64,000 bases of DNA from Vicinamibacterales bacterium (GTDB lineage: Bacteria > Acidobacteriota > Vicinamibacteria > Vicinamibacterales > JAMQPK01). Position 1 is the first letter of the stretch; each line of letters opens with the position of its first letter. Under the pieces are notes generated by a model, which did no database searches, had not been told where the DNA came from, and saw nothing but the letters and a program-made list of their open reading frames with translations. A program made the position numbers and the translations under genes. Shown here in pieces: positions 34,769 through 46,683 of the stretch. The stretch is taken from NCBI GenBank assembly GCA_963775345.1, contig CAVZIS010000011.1:161030-225029 (forward strand), read 5' to 3'.

Positions 34769-35320
34769 CTAGTTGCCCGGCACGCGCCGGCGGTAAGCGC
34801 TAATCTCGGCACCGACTGCATCACCCGCCAGGACGGCAGCCTTTGTCTCGAACGAGCCGGCCAGCCCCGTGTGGCCTTCCCTGAGATAGAAGAAATACAG
34901 CGTTACATTGTTAATGACGCTGCGGTCGCCCAGCACCTCGACAGCGTGTCTCAGCTCATGGCCGATCGATGCCATCAAGTTGCGGTCGGCTTTTCGAACA
35001 TCCACTCGCACGAAGAGGATGCGGCGACTGCCGGCGATTCGTACGTCGCTCAGGCACGCGCGCACTCCGTGCCCGCAGTCGGCCGAGAGGACGTAGACGA
35101 TCCCGTCGCTCGCATTGATCGTTTCGATCAGGCTGCGGAAGGTCGGTGACTGCACCGTCGCCCGATCGATCAGCGTCCGGATGCCGGCATGATTGGTTCG
35201 GACACGCAGGTCGTCGGCGCGCAGCTCCTGCCCCCGGGCCTCGGCCATCAGGCACTCGTTTGCGATTGCCGCCGCCAGAACCAACGTCCCGGCCACCAGA
35301 TGCCGCCTCGTGCTGGTCAT
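34769..35320 (-). CDS. hypothetical protein with HExxH motif
   Basis: QSPTFRSL...IGHELRHAVE. Confidence 0.7.
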   Translation of the reverse strand: MTSTRRHLVAGTLVLAAAIANECLMAEARGQELRADDLRVRTNHAGIRTLIDRATVQSPTFRSLIETINASDGIVYVLSADCGHGVRACLSDVRIAGSRRILFVRVDVRKADRNLMASIGHELRHAVEVLGDRSVINNVTLYFFYLREGHTGLAGSFETKAAVLAGDAVGAEISAYRRRVPGN

Positions 35321-35496
35321 GCTCCGTCCCCCCTCGTTCAGAGAGGCGGGAACGGGGGCCGGAAACTGGCACGCTGAACAGGAGCACCCTTGCAGGGCGC
35401 AACTTAAGTTGCACCCTGCCTTGGTCGCTCAACAGGACGTCAGGAGGCAGGAGCGTTCCGGGTCGTGAAGATTGGACGGTCTTCGAGGCTGCGGCT

Positions 35497-36722
35497 TCAG
35501 CGACGGGTGACCGTCAGATTTCCGCTGAACGTCTGGATGCGCAAGCTGGAGCTGGCGTCGCCATAGGTCCCGCGTATCGATCGGGGTCCCCGGTTGTCGT
35601 CGCGGATCGGGCCTTCGCTCTTGATCGGAAAGTCGATGCGGATACGCCCGCTGAACGTATGTGCTTCGAGCTCGAATCCGGGTTGCTCGGAGAGGGACAG
35701 TTGGATATCGCCCGAGTGCGACTCGATTTCGTACCGGCCGCCTTTGGTCAGGCTTGTCTGCAAATCCATATCGCCGTCGAGCGACCGGATGTGCGCACGC
35801 TCTCCAGACCAGCCGCTGACGCGCACGTCGCCATTCACGGTGTTGAGGTCCAGCGAACGAGCGGTCAGCGTCTGTGCCAGCAGGTCACCGTTGACCGTCG
35901 AGACCGAGAGCTGCAGGTCGGCGCCCGCGTTGGTCAACGTGACGTCGCCCGACACGCTCTTGACCATCGCCAATCGCGGCGTTGCTTCCAGCAGGAGATT
36001 GCCGCTGACACCCTGCACGCGAACTTCTCCTTTGACGTTCGTCACGCGGATGTCGCCCGAGACGGTCCGCAGCTCCACCGAGGTGTCGCCAGGCACTTTC
36101 ACGTCGAATTCCACATCGATGCCGCGCCCATCTCTTCCGCCCGAGTACTCGACGCGCAACTCGACGCGGTTCCCGCTGGCATAGGCTTCGACCATCGCGT
36201 CGCCGAGTCGCTGCTTGGCCTGATCGGCGTTCGGGCCCCATGCATGTTTGAGCGCCTGCACCTCAATCTGATCGTTGCCGCCGGGCGAGACCTGGATGTT
36301 TCCGGCGACGTTGGTCAGCAGCAGCGCCGAGTTTCTGCCCACCTTGAAGCTTCGCGAGAACGGCTCGGTCGACTCGACCCACCCTTCGGGGAACCGCCGC
36401 CGGGGCTGTTTGGCGCGCTCCTCTTCGCGCGCCTTTTCACGCGGATCGCGAGGCGGCACTGGGGCGACCGGTGGGACGGGAACCTGCTCGGCGAGCCCGG
36501 CGATGTAGCGTTCGGTCATTCGCAAGGCGTGTTCCTCCACCCGCTTCGCCTTGTCCTGAGCGCGCAGCGCGAAGTCTTCCAACTGCAACTCCTTCGTCAA
36601 CTCGTTCACCTTCTCAGCGTCGACATATGGCGTTGGGGTCGGCGCGGGTGCCGGGGCCGGGTCGGGGTTTGAGCCGCTGCAACGGCGGCGAACATGAGCG
36701 TGAACACGGCGATCAGTATCAT
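35497..36722 (-). CDS. DUF4097 beta-strand repeat protein (frameshift near 36630)
   Basis: repeated TVSGDI/SVSGDV/TVNGDL/TFSG motifs; signal peptide. Confidence 0.85.
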
Positions 36723-36736
36723 GTGAGCGGTTCCTC

Positions 36737-37432
36737 TCAGGACCTGGCGTTCATGAGCGTGACGGTTTCCTGCAGCAGCGCCACCTTCATGCGAAGCGCC
36801 TCGAGCAGGCTGGTTTGCGCGACGAAGGAATCGGGTTGGGCTTTCAGCGCCGCCCGGCTGTCGTCGATCGCTCGGTCGATCGATTGCAGACTCTGTGCAA
36901 TTTCGGCCGCGACCGACGGGTCGAGTGCATTGTCTCTGTTGACGGTCAGCTGCTCCAGCGCGGTGATGGCGTTCTGATAGTGCTGTTCGGCGAGTTGCAG
37001 TTCCGACGCCGCACTGCGCGCGAGATTCGCGGCCGAGTCGCCGCCGGCGTTTCGCGACCGAGGGCCAAGATCGAACCACGCGGCGGCGCCCAGCATCAGC
37101 ATGAGTGCCGCGGCGGCTGCCAGCGGTACCCATGACTGTGGACGCGATGCCAGCTTGCCTCGCCGACCTGTCCACCAACGCGCGGAGCGCGATGGCGGAA
37201 GCTTCGTGTAGGCCTGCGATTCCACTTTGGTCGCAATCGCGTTCCACAAGTCCGGTGAAGGGGTTAACCGGTCGAGTCTGGACGCCGCCGCGCGGATCTC
37301 CTTCAAATCGTTCAGCAGGTCGCGGCAGCTCTCGCATTCGAGGCAGTGCGCGTCAACCTGCGCTTGCTGGTGGCTGGACAGCGCGCCATCAACCGCATCG
37401 CCGAGCCAATCGGAACATTGTTCGCAATTCAT
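36737..37432 (-). CDS. zinc-binding anti-sigma factor (zf-HC2)
   Basis: MNC...HCLECESC, TM segment; directly downstream of ECF sigma. Confidence 0.88.
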   Translation of the reverse strand: MNCEQCSDWLGDAVDGALSSHQQAQVDAHCLECESCRDLLNDLKEIRAAASRLDRLTPSPDLWNAIATKVESQAYTKLPPSRSARWWTGRRGKLASRPQSWVPLAAAAALMLMLGAAAWFDLGPRSRNAGGDSAANLARSAASELQLAEQHYQNAITALEQLTVNRDNALDPSVAAEIAQSLQSIDRAIDDSRAALKAQPDSFVAQTSLLEALRMKVALLQETVTLMNARS

Positions 37433-37932
37433 AAAGCAGCCGTTAAAAGCGCCCGCAAACGAAGCCGGGCCTTGTGAACCTGGGACTTCGACGTCCCTTC
37501 GCTGATGCCGAGGATGCAGCCAATTTCCTGGTGCTGGAACCCCTCGACATCATGAAGGAGAAACGCGGCGCGCGCGCCCTCAGGCAACCTTGCGATGGCC
37601 CGTTCGAGATCCAGCCGTTTGATGCCGCTGTCACCGGTATGCTTGGATACAAGCATGGTTTGCTCATCCAGCGGGCTGGTAACGCCGCTCGCGCGTGTCT
37701 GCCGGCTTTTCAGATGGTCGAGACATCGGTTCATCGCCAGGCGATAAAGCCACGTTCCCACAGAGGAATCCCCACGAAACTCCGGAAGCTTTCGATAGGC
37801 CAGCAGAAAGATCTCCTGGAGAAGGTCCTCCGCATCCGCCCGCGTACCGCACATCCGCCAAGCCAGGTTGAATAGCCGCGTCGAATGCTGTCGATAGAGC
37901 TCCTCGAAAGCTGGTACATCAGCCCTGGACAC
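37429..37932 (-). CDS. ECF sigma-70 family RNA polymerase sigma factor
   Basis: AEDLLQEIF, FRGDSSVGTWLYR, EGTSKSQVHKAR. Confidence 0.93.
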   Translation of the reverse strand: MSRADVPAFEELYRQHSTRLFNLAWRMCGTRADAEDLLQEIFLLAYRKLPEFRGDSSVGTWLYRLAMNRCLDHLKSRQTRASGVTSPLDEQTMLVSKHTGDSGIKRLDLERAIARLPEGARAAFLLHDVEGFQHQEIGCILGISEGTSKSQVHKARLRLRALLTAAL

Positions 37933-37941
37933 TCGGCAAGA

Positions 37942-37970
37942 TTAGACGAGGTTCCCCCCGGCAGGGTTGC
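37942..37970 (-). promoter_or_regulatory. ECF-type promoter, probably autoregulatory, inside a long hairpin
   Basis: minus strand GCAAC-N17-CGTCTAA, 9 nt before the GTG. Confidence 0.55.
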
Positions 37971-38075
37971 CCTGCCCGGGGGAACCTCGCACCATTGGAA
38001 GATTCGTAGATTGAGGGGTTTACATGGATCCTACATTGGCAGATTCGAAGATGGGTGGATTGGGCGATTACGACG

Positions 38076-38471
38076 TCAAGATATTCGACGGTTCTCGATA
38101 TCCCGCTGCCTTCGACGGTTCCGTCGCGCAGTCCGGAGCGACGCGCTGAAAATGGACGCTAACTCATGCGCTTCCTGCTCAAGGGCGGTCACGGCGATTG
38201 CGCTTTGCAGCCCAGTTTTTCTGATGATGCGAAACCAAAACTCGCTTTCGTCCGCCTCCTCGTCGACGATTGCGAGTTTCGAGACGAATAACGGCACGGT
38301 GTAGGCGCGACAGACCGCGCGGTAATTCGCCGCGACCGACGTCCCTGCATCCAACAATTGTTCCGCGATTCGGCGACCAGCCACGCTGTTCGGGAGCCTG
38401 TCACAGAATTTCACGACAGCGACGGCGAATGCTTCAGTGCGAGCCTTTAACTTCTCAGATTCCTCAGACAC
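38076..38471 (-). CDS. four helix bundle protein (23S rRNA-IVS protein / Avd-like family)
   Basis: LKARTEAFA...QLLDAGTSVAANYRAVCRA...FVSKLAIVDEEADESEFW. Confidence 0.9.
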   Translation of the reverse strand: MSEESEKLKARTEAFAVAVVKFCDRLPNSVAGRRIAEQLLDAGTSVAANYRAVCRAYTVPLFVSKLAIVDEEADESEFWFRIIRKTGLQSAIAVTALEQEAHELASIFSASLRTARRNRRRQRDIENRRIS

Positions 38472-38623
38472 GTCAGTTGCTAGAGCACGTCCCGTACCTT
38501 CTGGGCCACGCAAAACTGTCAGGGATTGGCGAAACCCTCGCGCCGAACTTGAAGAATCCGCGAAACTGCGGTTACCCACGAGTAGCAGAATCTTCCAATC
38601 TCCCAGTCTGCCAATCTACCAAT

Positions 38624-38926
38624 TCACCAAACCCACCGCTTTTCTGCAAAGTCCCTAATGCGCCCACCCGTCACAACTACGCCTTCGGCCATCAACAGAG
38701 CCCGCTTGGCGAAAAGGTCTCGACCGAAGCCGCCCAGTTTTCCGCCAGAGGCAATTACCCTGTGGCATGGGATCGACGAGTCATTGCAGGTGCGCATGAT
38801 GTTGCCCACGGCTCGATGTGCGCGCGGCCGTCCCGCAGCGGCGGCAACATCGCCGTAGGTGGCTACGCGGCCGTAAGGGATGCGCCGCACGACGGACCGA
38901 ACGCGGGCTTTAAAACTTCGCACCAT
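38624..38926 (-). CDS. MGMT family methylated-DNA-protein-cysteine methyltransferase domain protein
   Basis: IPYGRVATYGDVA, RAVG, IPCHRV. Confidence 0.9.
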   Translation of the reverse strand: MVRSFKARVRSVVRRIPYGRVATYGDVAAAAGRPRAHRAVGNIMRTCNDSSIPCHRVIASGGKLGGFGRDLFAKRALLMAEGVVVTGGRIRDFAEKRWVW

Positions 38927-39003
38927 TGGAAGATTGGATTCTCACATCATCCAATCAACAATCTACAATCTGCCAACAATCTCCCAACTCTCCCAATGGT
39001 GCG

Positions 39004-39789
39004 TCAGAACACCAACCTCAACCCTCCGCCGATGTGCAGCCCGCCAACATCGACCTCGACGGGCGTGCGGCCGGTCGGTACGAAGTCCTTCTTGCCACTG
39101 GTGTAACGGACGAGAAGACCTGCGCCGACTTTTCTGTTGAATCGCCACATCATGTCGACGCCCACGTTGTAGCCGACTACGTGTTCGCGGCTCTTCGCTG
39201 TCACCGTGCCCGGAAAGGCCAGTGCATCGAATGGATAGACTTCTTCGTCGAGCGAGAGCTGCAGCATCGTCACGAACAGCTGCTCGGTCGTGAAAATCGA
39301 CGGCCCGCCGAACACCAGGACATCGAGCCCGTCGACGTCCGGAAACGCCCATCCAGCGGAGATGTGCTGCCCGACCTCGCGCCGCGTCACGTTGGGCACC
39401 TCTCCGGTTGTCGTGCGTTGCTCCTCAAAGTAGAGGGGATGCGGCACGCGTGCCGTAACGTCTCCCGTGCCAGCGTCCTCGAAGATCGAGAGAGCTGCGC
39501 CTGCGTGCAGCTTGCGCCACACACGAACGGCGACGCCGGCGTCGAAAAACAGCGACTTGCCCAGCGTTCGTTCGAAGGTGAAGGTGCCCTGTTCGAAGTA
39601 CTGCTCGAACTGCTGTTCTTCGGCAAACGACGTGCTGGTGGCCTGCTGACCTGCATTGACCGAAATGCGATACCGCTCGGGCCGGGGCACGACCTTGGCG
39701 GGAGCGCGTGGCGGCGGCGGCCGCTGCGCCGATGCGGAGCTCGCGCACAAGACGATCAGAAGCGCCAGCAACACTGTACGGCCGCGCAT
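39004..39789 (-). CDS. outer membrane beta-barrel protein
   Basis: signal peptide; amphipathic strands; C-terminal GGGLRLVF. Confidence 0.75.
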   Translation of the reverse strand: MRGRTVLLALLIVLCASSASAQRPPPPRAPAKVVPRPERYRISVNAGQQATSTSFAEEQQFEQYFEQGTFTFERTLGKSLFFDAGVAVRVWRKLHAGAALSIFEDAGTGDVTARVPHPLYFEEQRTTTGEVPNVTRREVGQHISAGWAFPDVDGLDVLVFGGPSIFTTEQLFVTMLQLSLDEEVYPFDALAFPGTVTAKSREHVVGYNVGVDMMWRFNRKVGAGLLVRYTSGKKDFVPTGRTPVEVDVGGLHIGGGLRLVF

Positions 39790-41418
39790 CAGTTCACGCC
39801 TACGGCGGTCCATGCCAGCTCGACCTGAGCCCGTTCGTTGCTGCCTTCTCCGTACAGGTCGGCAGCCGCCTGCGATGTCGCCAGGCGCGCGTCGGAGAAT
39901 CTCGAGCTGGGACCCATCAACATCACGAACGCACGATAGAAGATTTTCTCCATCCTCTCGATGTTCTCGAATCCGATGCCGGGAACGGTTATCCCGGACA
40001 CACGGTTGCGGCCGCCGGCGACTGCGAGATAGAACGCGTGAGTGCCGATCGTCAGGTTGTAGTGGACCCCGCCATCATCGAAGTCCGTCCCGATGAACCG
40101 CCGAAGGCTGTAGTGATCCGGATCGCCGGCCGCGACGGGGTTGTTCAGCGCACGGAGATACCCGGGGGCGACGAGGAACACATCTTCCGCGATGTGCCAT
40201 TCCGCTCTTTCGGGGCCCGTCCCGACCGGCTGATAGTAGAACTCCATCGCCGCCGCCATGATGTCCGAGAAGGCTTCGTTCAAGGCGCCTGGCTCGTCCT
40301 GATAGATGAGCTGGGAGCTGAAGTCGGTGACCCCATGCGTCCACTCGTGGGCGACGACATCAAGCGCACCCGCCAGATAGTTGAAACTACGCCCGTCTCC
40401 ATCTCCATAAACGAGCACCCCTTCGCAGCAATAGAAAGCGTTGTTGATGTACGACCCCACGATGTCGGGGGGCTGGCGATTCGCCTCCGATCGCGCCAGC
40501 GGATGGACGACGCTGTCCACTTCGATAAAGCGGTCGTCCATGCCCCGACGGCCGAACCGCTTGAAGTAGTAGTCGTAAACCCAGCCCTGATAGACGTGCG
40601 CGTCAACTGTCGGGGCATCGGTCCAACTGTTGTCGCTGTCGGTGGCGATGTCGGAATTGAAGATGAGGCCAGTCTGAAGGAAGAGGTTCAGCCGTCCGAG
40701 CGTGCCGGGGAACGACAGCGTGAACGCGTCGGCAGGCCGCAGCCTGTCAACTGCCTGATAGGTAGACGACGTCTGCCTGGTCGCGAGTTTCTTGCGCCCC
40801 CCCAGCACGCCGGTACCCTGGCCGATCTGCACCTGTGAATGAATCCCGTTGAGCGAGAGGACAATCGCTCCCGTGTCTGCGTCGATGTACAGCATCGCGG
40901 ATTGCCCAGTCGCTTCGGACGTCCATGCGATAGACGAGACGGTACCCGCCACCTTCGACCGGCAGGATGCCGAGAAGCGGCTCCCCGTGGATCTGCCCAC
41001 CCGACCCGGCTGACGCGACGGCGATGGCGCTGGCGCGCTCGGACGAAATGGCAGGGTTCACGTCGATGTCGAGCCCGTCGTACAGGCGGCCGGTGACGCT
41101 GATGACGGAGCGTCCATCCATCTGTCGGATGACTTGCGCGCCGAACACGGGAAGCCCTTCATAGACCTGTCCGAGACGCTCGTGCACGCGGCCGGGCAAC
41201 ATCGTGTCCTCTTCCAGGGCCGCGATATCGAGATCTCCGGCACCGAGCATCGTGTCCACGCGCAGCAACGCGTCAGGAAGCGTTTGGCCGGCGGCAGCGA
41301 GCGCGAACGATCGACCTTTCTCCATGGACGGCGGGCCCTGGCCTGTCACTCGAGCGTTGAACAGGACGAGCGCGGCAGCGATTGCAGTACAGGGAACCAC
41401 TCTGTCAAACACCGACAT
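39789..41418 (-). CDS. M4 (thermolysin) family metallopeptidase with FTP/PepSY prodomain (frameshift near 40900)
   Basis: NNAFY, DVVAHEWTHGV, GALNEAFSD, GGVHYN; QVYEGLPVFG prodomain. Confidence 0.92.
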
Positions 41419-41703
41419 TCAGACTCCTTCGGACACATTTGTCGGGTGCGCATGACCTCGCGCCCCAGCGTACGCTCTCTCAGAATAGCAGCATCAGACG
41501 AACGACAACGGGTTGCCCCGGCGGCGAATCGACGTTCGTGCTCGCACGAATGATTTCGTCCCTTCCGGGCTGGACTGCCCGTGCGCTCACGTAGAATGTC
41601 CACGTAGTCGATTTCCTGCGGGTTCAGGTGGCCTTGCCGTCGCTGGCCCTGAGGTCAGGGAGGACACGATTCTTGGATATTATCGGCCCGACACAGTTCC
41701 GGC

Positions 41704-43008
41704 ATGCGCGCTGTCGACATCATTCAAAAGAAGCGTGACGGCGGCGTCCTGACTCCGGACGAGATCCGATTCTTCATCGCCGGGGTCACCGATTTTTCAC
41801 TGCCCGACTATCAGGTGACCGCCCTGCTGATGGCGATCTTCCTCAGAGGCATGAACGACTCCGAGACCGCCACCCTGACCGACGCGATGATTCGATCGGG
41901 ATCTCGCGTGGATCTGTCCGACCTTCCCGGCATCAAAGTCGACAAACACAGTACGGGCGGTGTCGGCGACAAGACGTCGCTCATCATCGCGCCGCTGGTT
42001 GCGGAGTGCGGCGCACTCGTGCCGATGATGTCGGGCCGCGGTCTGGGGCACACGGGTGGCACGCTCGACAAGCTGGAGGCGATTCCGGGGTTCCGCACGG
42101 ACCTGTCCATCTCAGAACTGCGGGCCTCGCTGGCCGCCATCGGCTGCGCGATGATCGGACAGACGGCTCAGATTGCCCCGGCCGACAGGGCGCTGTATGC
42201 GCTTCGCGACGTGAGCGGCACGATCGAGAGCATTCCACTGATCTCGGCGTCAATCATGAGCAAGAAGATCGCCGAGGGGATCAACGCGCTCGTGCTCGAT
42301 GTGAAAACGGGCCGTGGAGCGTTCATGAAGACGACCGACGCTGCTCGCGCGCTTGCCGAATCCCTCGTCTCGATCGGAACGGCCGCGGGCGTCGAGACAC
42401 AGGCCGTGATGACGTCGATGAACTACCCGATCGGCCGGGCGGTCGGCAACGCGAACGAGGTCATCGAATGCATTGAAATGCTCAAGGGACACGCACGGCC
42501 CGATCTCGAGGAGAACTCGCTCGAGCTGAGCGAGCGGATGCTGATTGCCGCAGGCATGGCGAAGAATCGGTCAGATGCCGCCCTCATGTGCCGCCGGGCG
42601 CTCGATTCGGGCCGGGCGCTGCAGCGGTTCAGCGCGATTATCGAGCGCCAGGGAGGGAATCCGAGGGTGATCGACGATTACGGATTGATGCCGACCGCGC
42701 CGGAAGAGCGGGTGATCGCCGGAGACATCGGAGGTTATGTCGTCGGCTTTGACGCCGAGCTTATCGGTCGCGCTTCCGTGATCCTTGGAGGCGGCCGCGA
42801 CAGGGTCGATGACGCGATCGATCCGTCTGTGGGGATCCTGATCGAAGCGGCCGTTGGCGACGAGGTACACGCCGGCGATGCGATTCTCCGAATCCAGTAT
42901 CGCGATGCGGCGCGGCTGCAGGAGGCGTTGCCCCTGCTCAATGCCGCCGTCCGCATCGGCGAGGAGCCAGTCCCGAAGATGCCTCTGGTGATCGGCGAGG
43001 TGTTGTAA
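41704..43008 (+). CDS. pdp: thymidine/pyrimidine-nucleoside phosphorylase
   Basis: DKHSTGGVGDK, SGRGLGHTGGTLDKLE, SIMSKK. Confidence 0.93.
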   Translation: MRAVDIIQKKRDGGVLTPDEIRFFIAGVTDFSLPDYQVTALLMAIFLRGMNDSETATLTDAMIRSGSRVDLSDLPGIKVDKHSTGGVGDKTSLIIAPLVAECGALVPMMSGRGLGHTGGTLDKLEAIPGFRTDLSISELRASLAAIGCAMIGQTAQIAPADRALYALRDVSGTIESIPLISASIMSKKIAEGINALVLDVKTGRGAFMKTTDAARALAESLVSIGTAAGVETQAVMTSMNYPIGRAVGNANEVIECIEMLKGHARPDLEENSLELSERMLIAAGMAKNRSDAALMCRRALDSGRALQRFSAIIERQGGNPRVIDDYGLMPTAPEERVIAGDIGGYVVGFDAELIGRASVILGGGRDRVDDAIDPSVGILIEAAVGDEVHAGDAILRIQYRDAARLQEALPLLNAAVRIGEEPVPKMPLVIGEVL

Positions 43009-43013
43009 CGAAA

Positions 43014-43079
43014 CACGAAGATCCACGAAGGACACGAAGATCCACGAAGGACGCGAAGATCCACGAAGGACGCGAAGAT
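43014..43079. repeat. 19-bp period tandem repeat
   Basis: (cacgaagatc cacgaagga) about 3.5 copies filling the intergenic gap. Confidence 0.9.
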
Positions 43080-44138
43080 ATGCGGAAGAGAAGTGGTCTG
43101 GCCCTGAGCTGCGTGCTCTTGTCCGCATGCAGTCCCCGGACCTACACGGTTGGCGATCGGTCGGCGATCGAAGCCGGAATCGTCTTCGACATCGGTGGCA
43201 AGGATGACCGATCGTTCAACGCTGCGGCCTGGAACGGCGTGAAGTGCGCCGAAACGGGAAGGTGGCCCGGCGGTGGCGATTGCGGAAGACCCGGTCTGGG
43301 CATCGTGCTGCGCGATGTCGAGCCAGGCACACCGGTGAACATCGAGCCGGCGATGCGCGCGTTTGCCGAGCGGCAATACGACGTGATCATCGGCATCGGG
43401 TTCGCTCAGGCGCCCATCCTCGAGTCTGTCGCGAGAGACTACCCCCGGATTCAGTTCGCGATCGTCGACGGCGTCAGCGAGCTGCCAAATGTGGCGTCGC
43501 TGGTGTTCAAGGAGCACGAGGGGTCATATCTGGTCGGTATCCTCGCGGCCATGACGACCAGGACCGGCACGCTCGGCTTTCTCGGCGGGATGGATATCGG
43601 GCTCATCCATCGGTTTGCGAAGGGCTATGAGGAAGGCGCCAGGTCGGTGAACCCGAACATCAGGATCCTTCAGAACTACGTCGGAGTGACCGATGCGGCG
43701 TGGAACAATCCAGGACGCGGGAAGGAGCTCGCCCTGGCGCAGATTGCCAAGGGCGCCGACGTGATTTTCACTGCAGCCGGCAATTCCGGACTGGGCGCGT
43801 TCGATGCTGTGGAAGAGATGGGACGGGACCCGAGCGGCCGCGCGACGCACTTCGTCATCGGCGTCGATTCGAATCAGAACATGGTGAAGCCCGGGTTCGT
43901 GCTGACGAGCATGGTCAAACGCGTTGATCACGCGGTCTACCAGATCGTCAAGGACGTCAAGAACGGCGAATTCACAGCCGGCCTGCACGTCTTTGGCCTG
44001 GAGAGCGATGGCGTCGGTTACGCGGTTGACGAACACAACGCCGAACTGCTGTCGAGAGCGGCGATTGACGCGGCGGAAGCCGCAAAGAAGAAGATTATCG
44101 CCGGCGAAATCAAAGTCACCGACGCGATGTTTCAGTAG
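43080..44138 (+). CDS. BMP family nucleoside ABC transporter substrate-binding lipoprotein
   Basis: lipobox LSAC; [34 protein letters not shown]. Confidence 0.93.
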   Translation: MRKRSGLALSCVLLSACSPRTYTVGDRSAIEAGIVFDIGGKDDRSFNAAAWNGVKCAETGRWPGGGDCGRPGLGIVLRDVEPGTPVNIEPAMRAFAERQYDVIIGIGFAQAPILESVARDYPRIQFAIVDGVSELPNVASLVFKEHEGSYLVGILAAMTTRTGTLGFLGGMDIGLIHRFAKGYEEGARSVNPNIRILQNYVGVTDAAWNNPGRGKELALAQIAKGADVIFTAAGNSGLGAFDAVEEMGRDPSGRATHFVIGVDSNQNMVKPGFVLTSMVKRVDHAVYQIVKDVKNGEFTAGLHVFGLESDGVGYAVDEHNAELLSRAAIDAAEAAKKKIIAGEIKVTDAMFQ

Positions 44139-44142
44139 CGCC

Positions 44143-45629
<1,487 letters not shown>

Positions 45630-45633
<4 letters not shown>

Positions 45634-46683
45634 ATCTTCTCTTCCCGGTCATCGCCGTCATCGCGGCGTTCGGCGTCGGCAGCGTCTTCGTGCTGGTGAT
45701 CGGCGACAACCCGCTCGAGACCTACGGGCTGTTGATCGGCAGCGCCCTGTGGTGGCCCGACGGGATTGGCTACACGCTCTTCCTGGCCACCCCGCTCATT
45801 TTCACCGGACTGGCGGTCGCCGTCGCCTTTCGGGCAGGACTGCTCAACATCGGCGCGGAAGGGCAGCTGTATGTCGCGGCCTTCGCGACCGCCTGGGTCG
45901 GGAATCGTCTTCGCGAATCTCCCCACGGGACTGCTCGTGCCGTCCTGTTTTGGCGCCGCGATTGCGGCTGGAGCGGTGTGGGCTGCGGTTCCAGGAATTC
46001 TCAAGGCGCGATTCGGCTCACACGAGGTCATCAACACGATCATGATGAACTTCATCGCCGTTGCGTTGGTGAGCTACTTCACGCAGTATCACTACCGCGT
46101 GCCCGGCGACCCGATTCTGCAGACCGCTCCGATCTCGGCCAATGCCTACATTCCCCGGTTCGGTCAGATGATTCCCGGCTTTCCCGACCGCATTCCGTTG
46201 AATCTTGCGTTTCTCCTGGCGTTGGTGTCATGCGGCCTGGTCTACGTCTTCCTCTGGCGAACCAAGTGGGGATACGAGGTGCGTGCCACGGGAAGCAATC
46301 CGTCGGCCGCTGAGTACGGCGGCATTTCCGTCGGACGGCAGATCGTGTTGGCGATGGCAATCTCCGGAGGTCTGGCGGGGATGGTCGGGATCAACGAAGT
46401 GCTCGGCTATCGCCATCGTTACTACGACGGGTTCTCGGACAACTACGGGTTCACCGGAATCGCGGTGGCGCTCCTCGGGCGCAATCATCCCGTCGGAGTG
46501 ATCTTCGCGGCGCTGTTGTTTGCGATCCTCGCGCGTGGCGGTATCCCGGTCGATGCGTTCACACGGAGCGTCACGAAAGATATCGTGCAGATTCTGCAGG
46601 CCACAATCATTCTGTTCGTGGCGGCCGAGGCGTTCTTCCGCGAGCCCTTCAGAAAATGGCGGACCTCTTCACGCTCTCGCTAA
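45630..46683 (+). CDS. nucleoside ABC transporter permease (frameshift near 45900)
   Basis: [31 protein letters not shown]. Confidence 0.9.

Larger units (their letters stand above)
37988..39003. mobile_element. putative non-autonomous element with CGCACCATTGG terminal inverted repeats
   Basis: cgcaccattgg at 37988 and 38919; reverse complement ccaatggtgcg at 38993-39003; internal inverted 8-mer arrays. Confidence 0.45.

Noticed and set aside
38076-38471. Four-helix-bundle gene as DGR Avd or a 23S rRNA intervening sequence
   Set aside because: No reverse transcriptase, no TR/VR pair and no rRNA in the window
43014-43079. Repeat arrays here and elsewhere as CRISPR
   Set aside because: Units are 6-19 bp, contiguous, with no unique spacers and no cas genes
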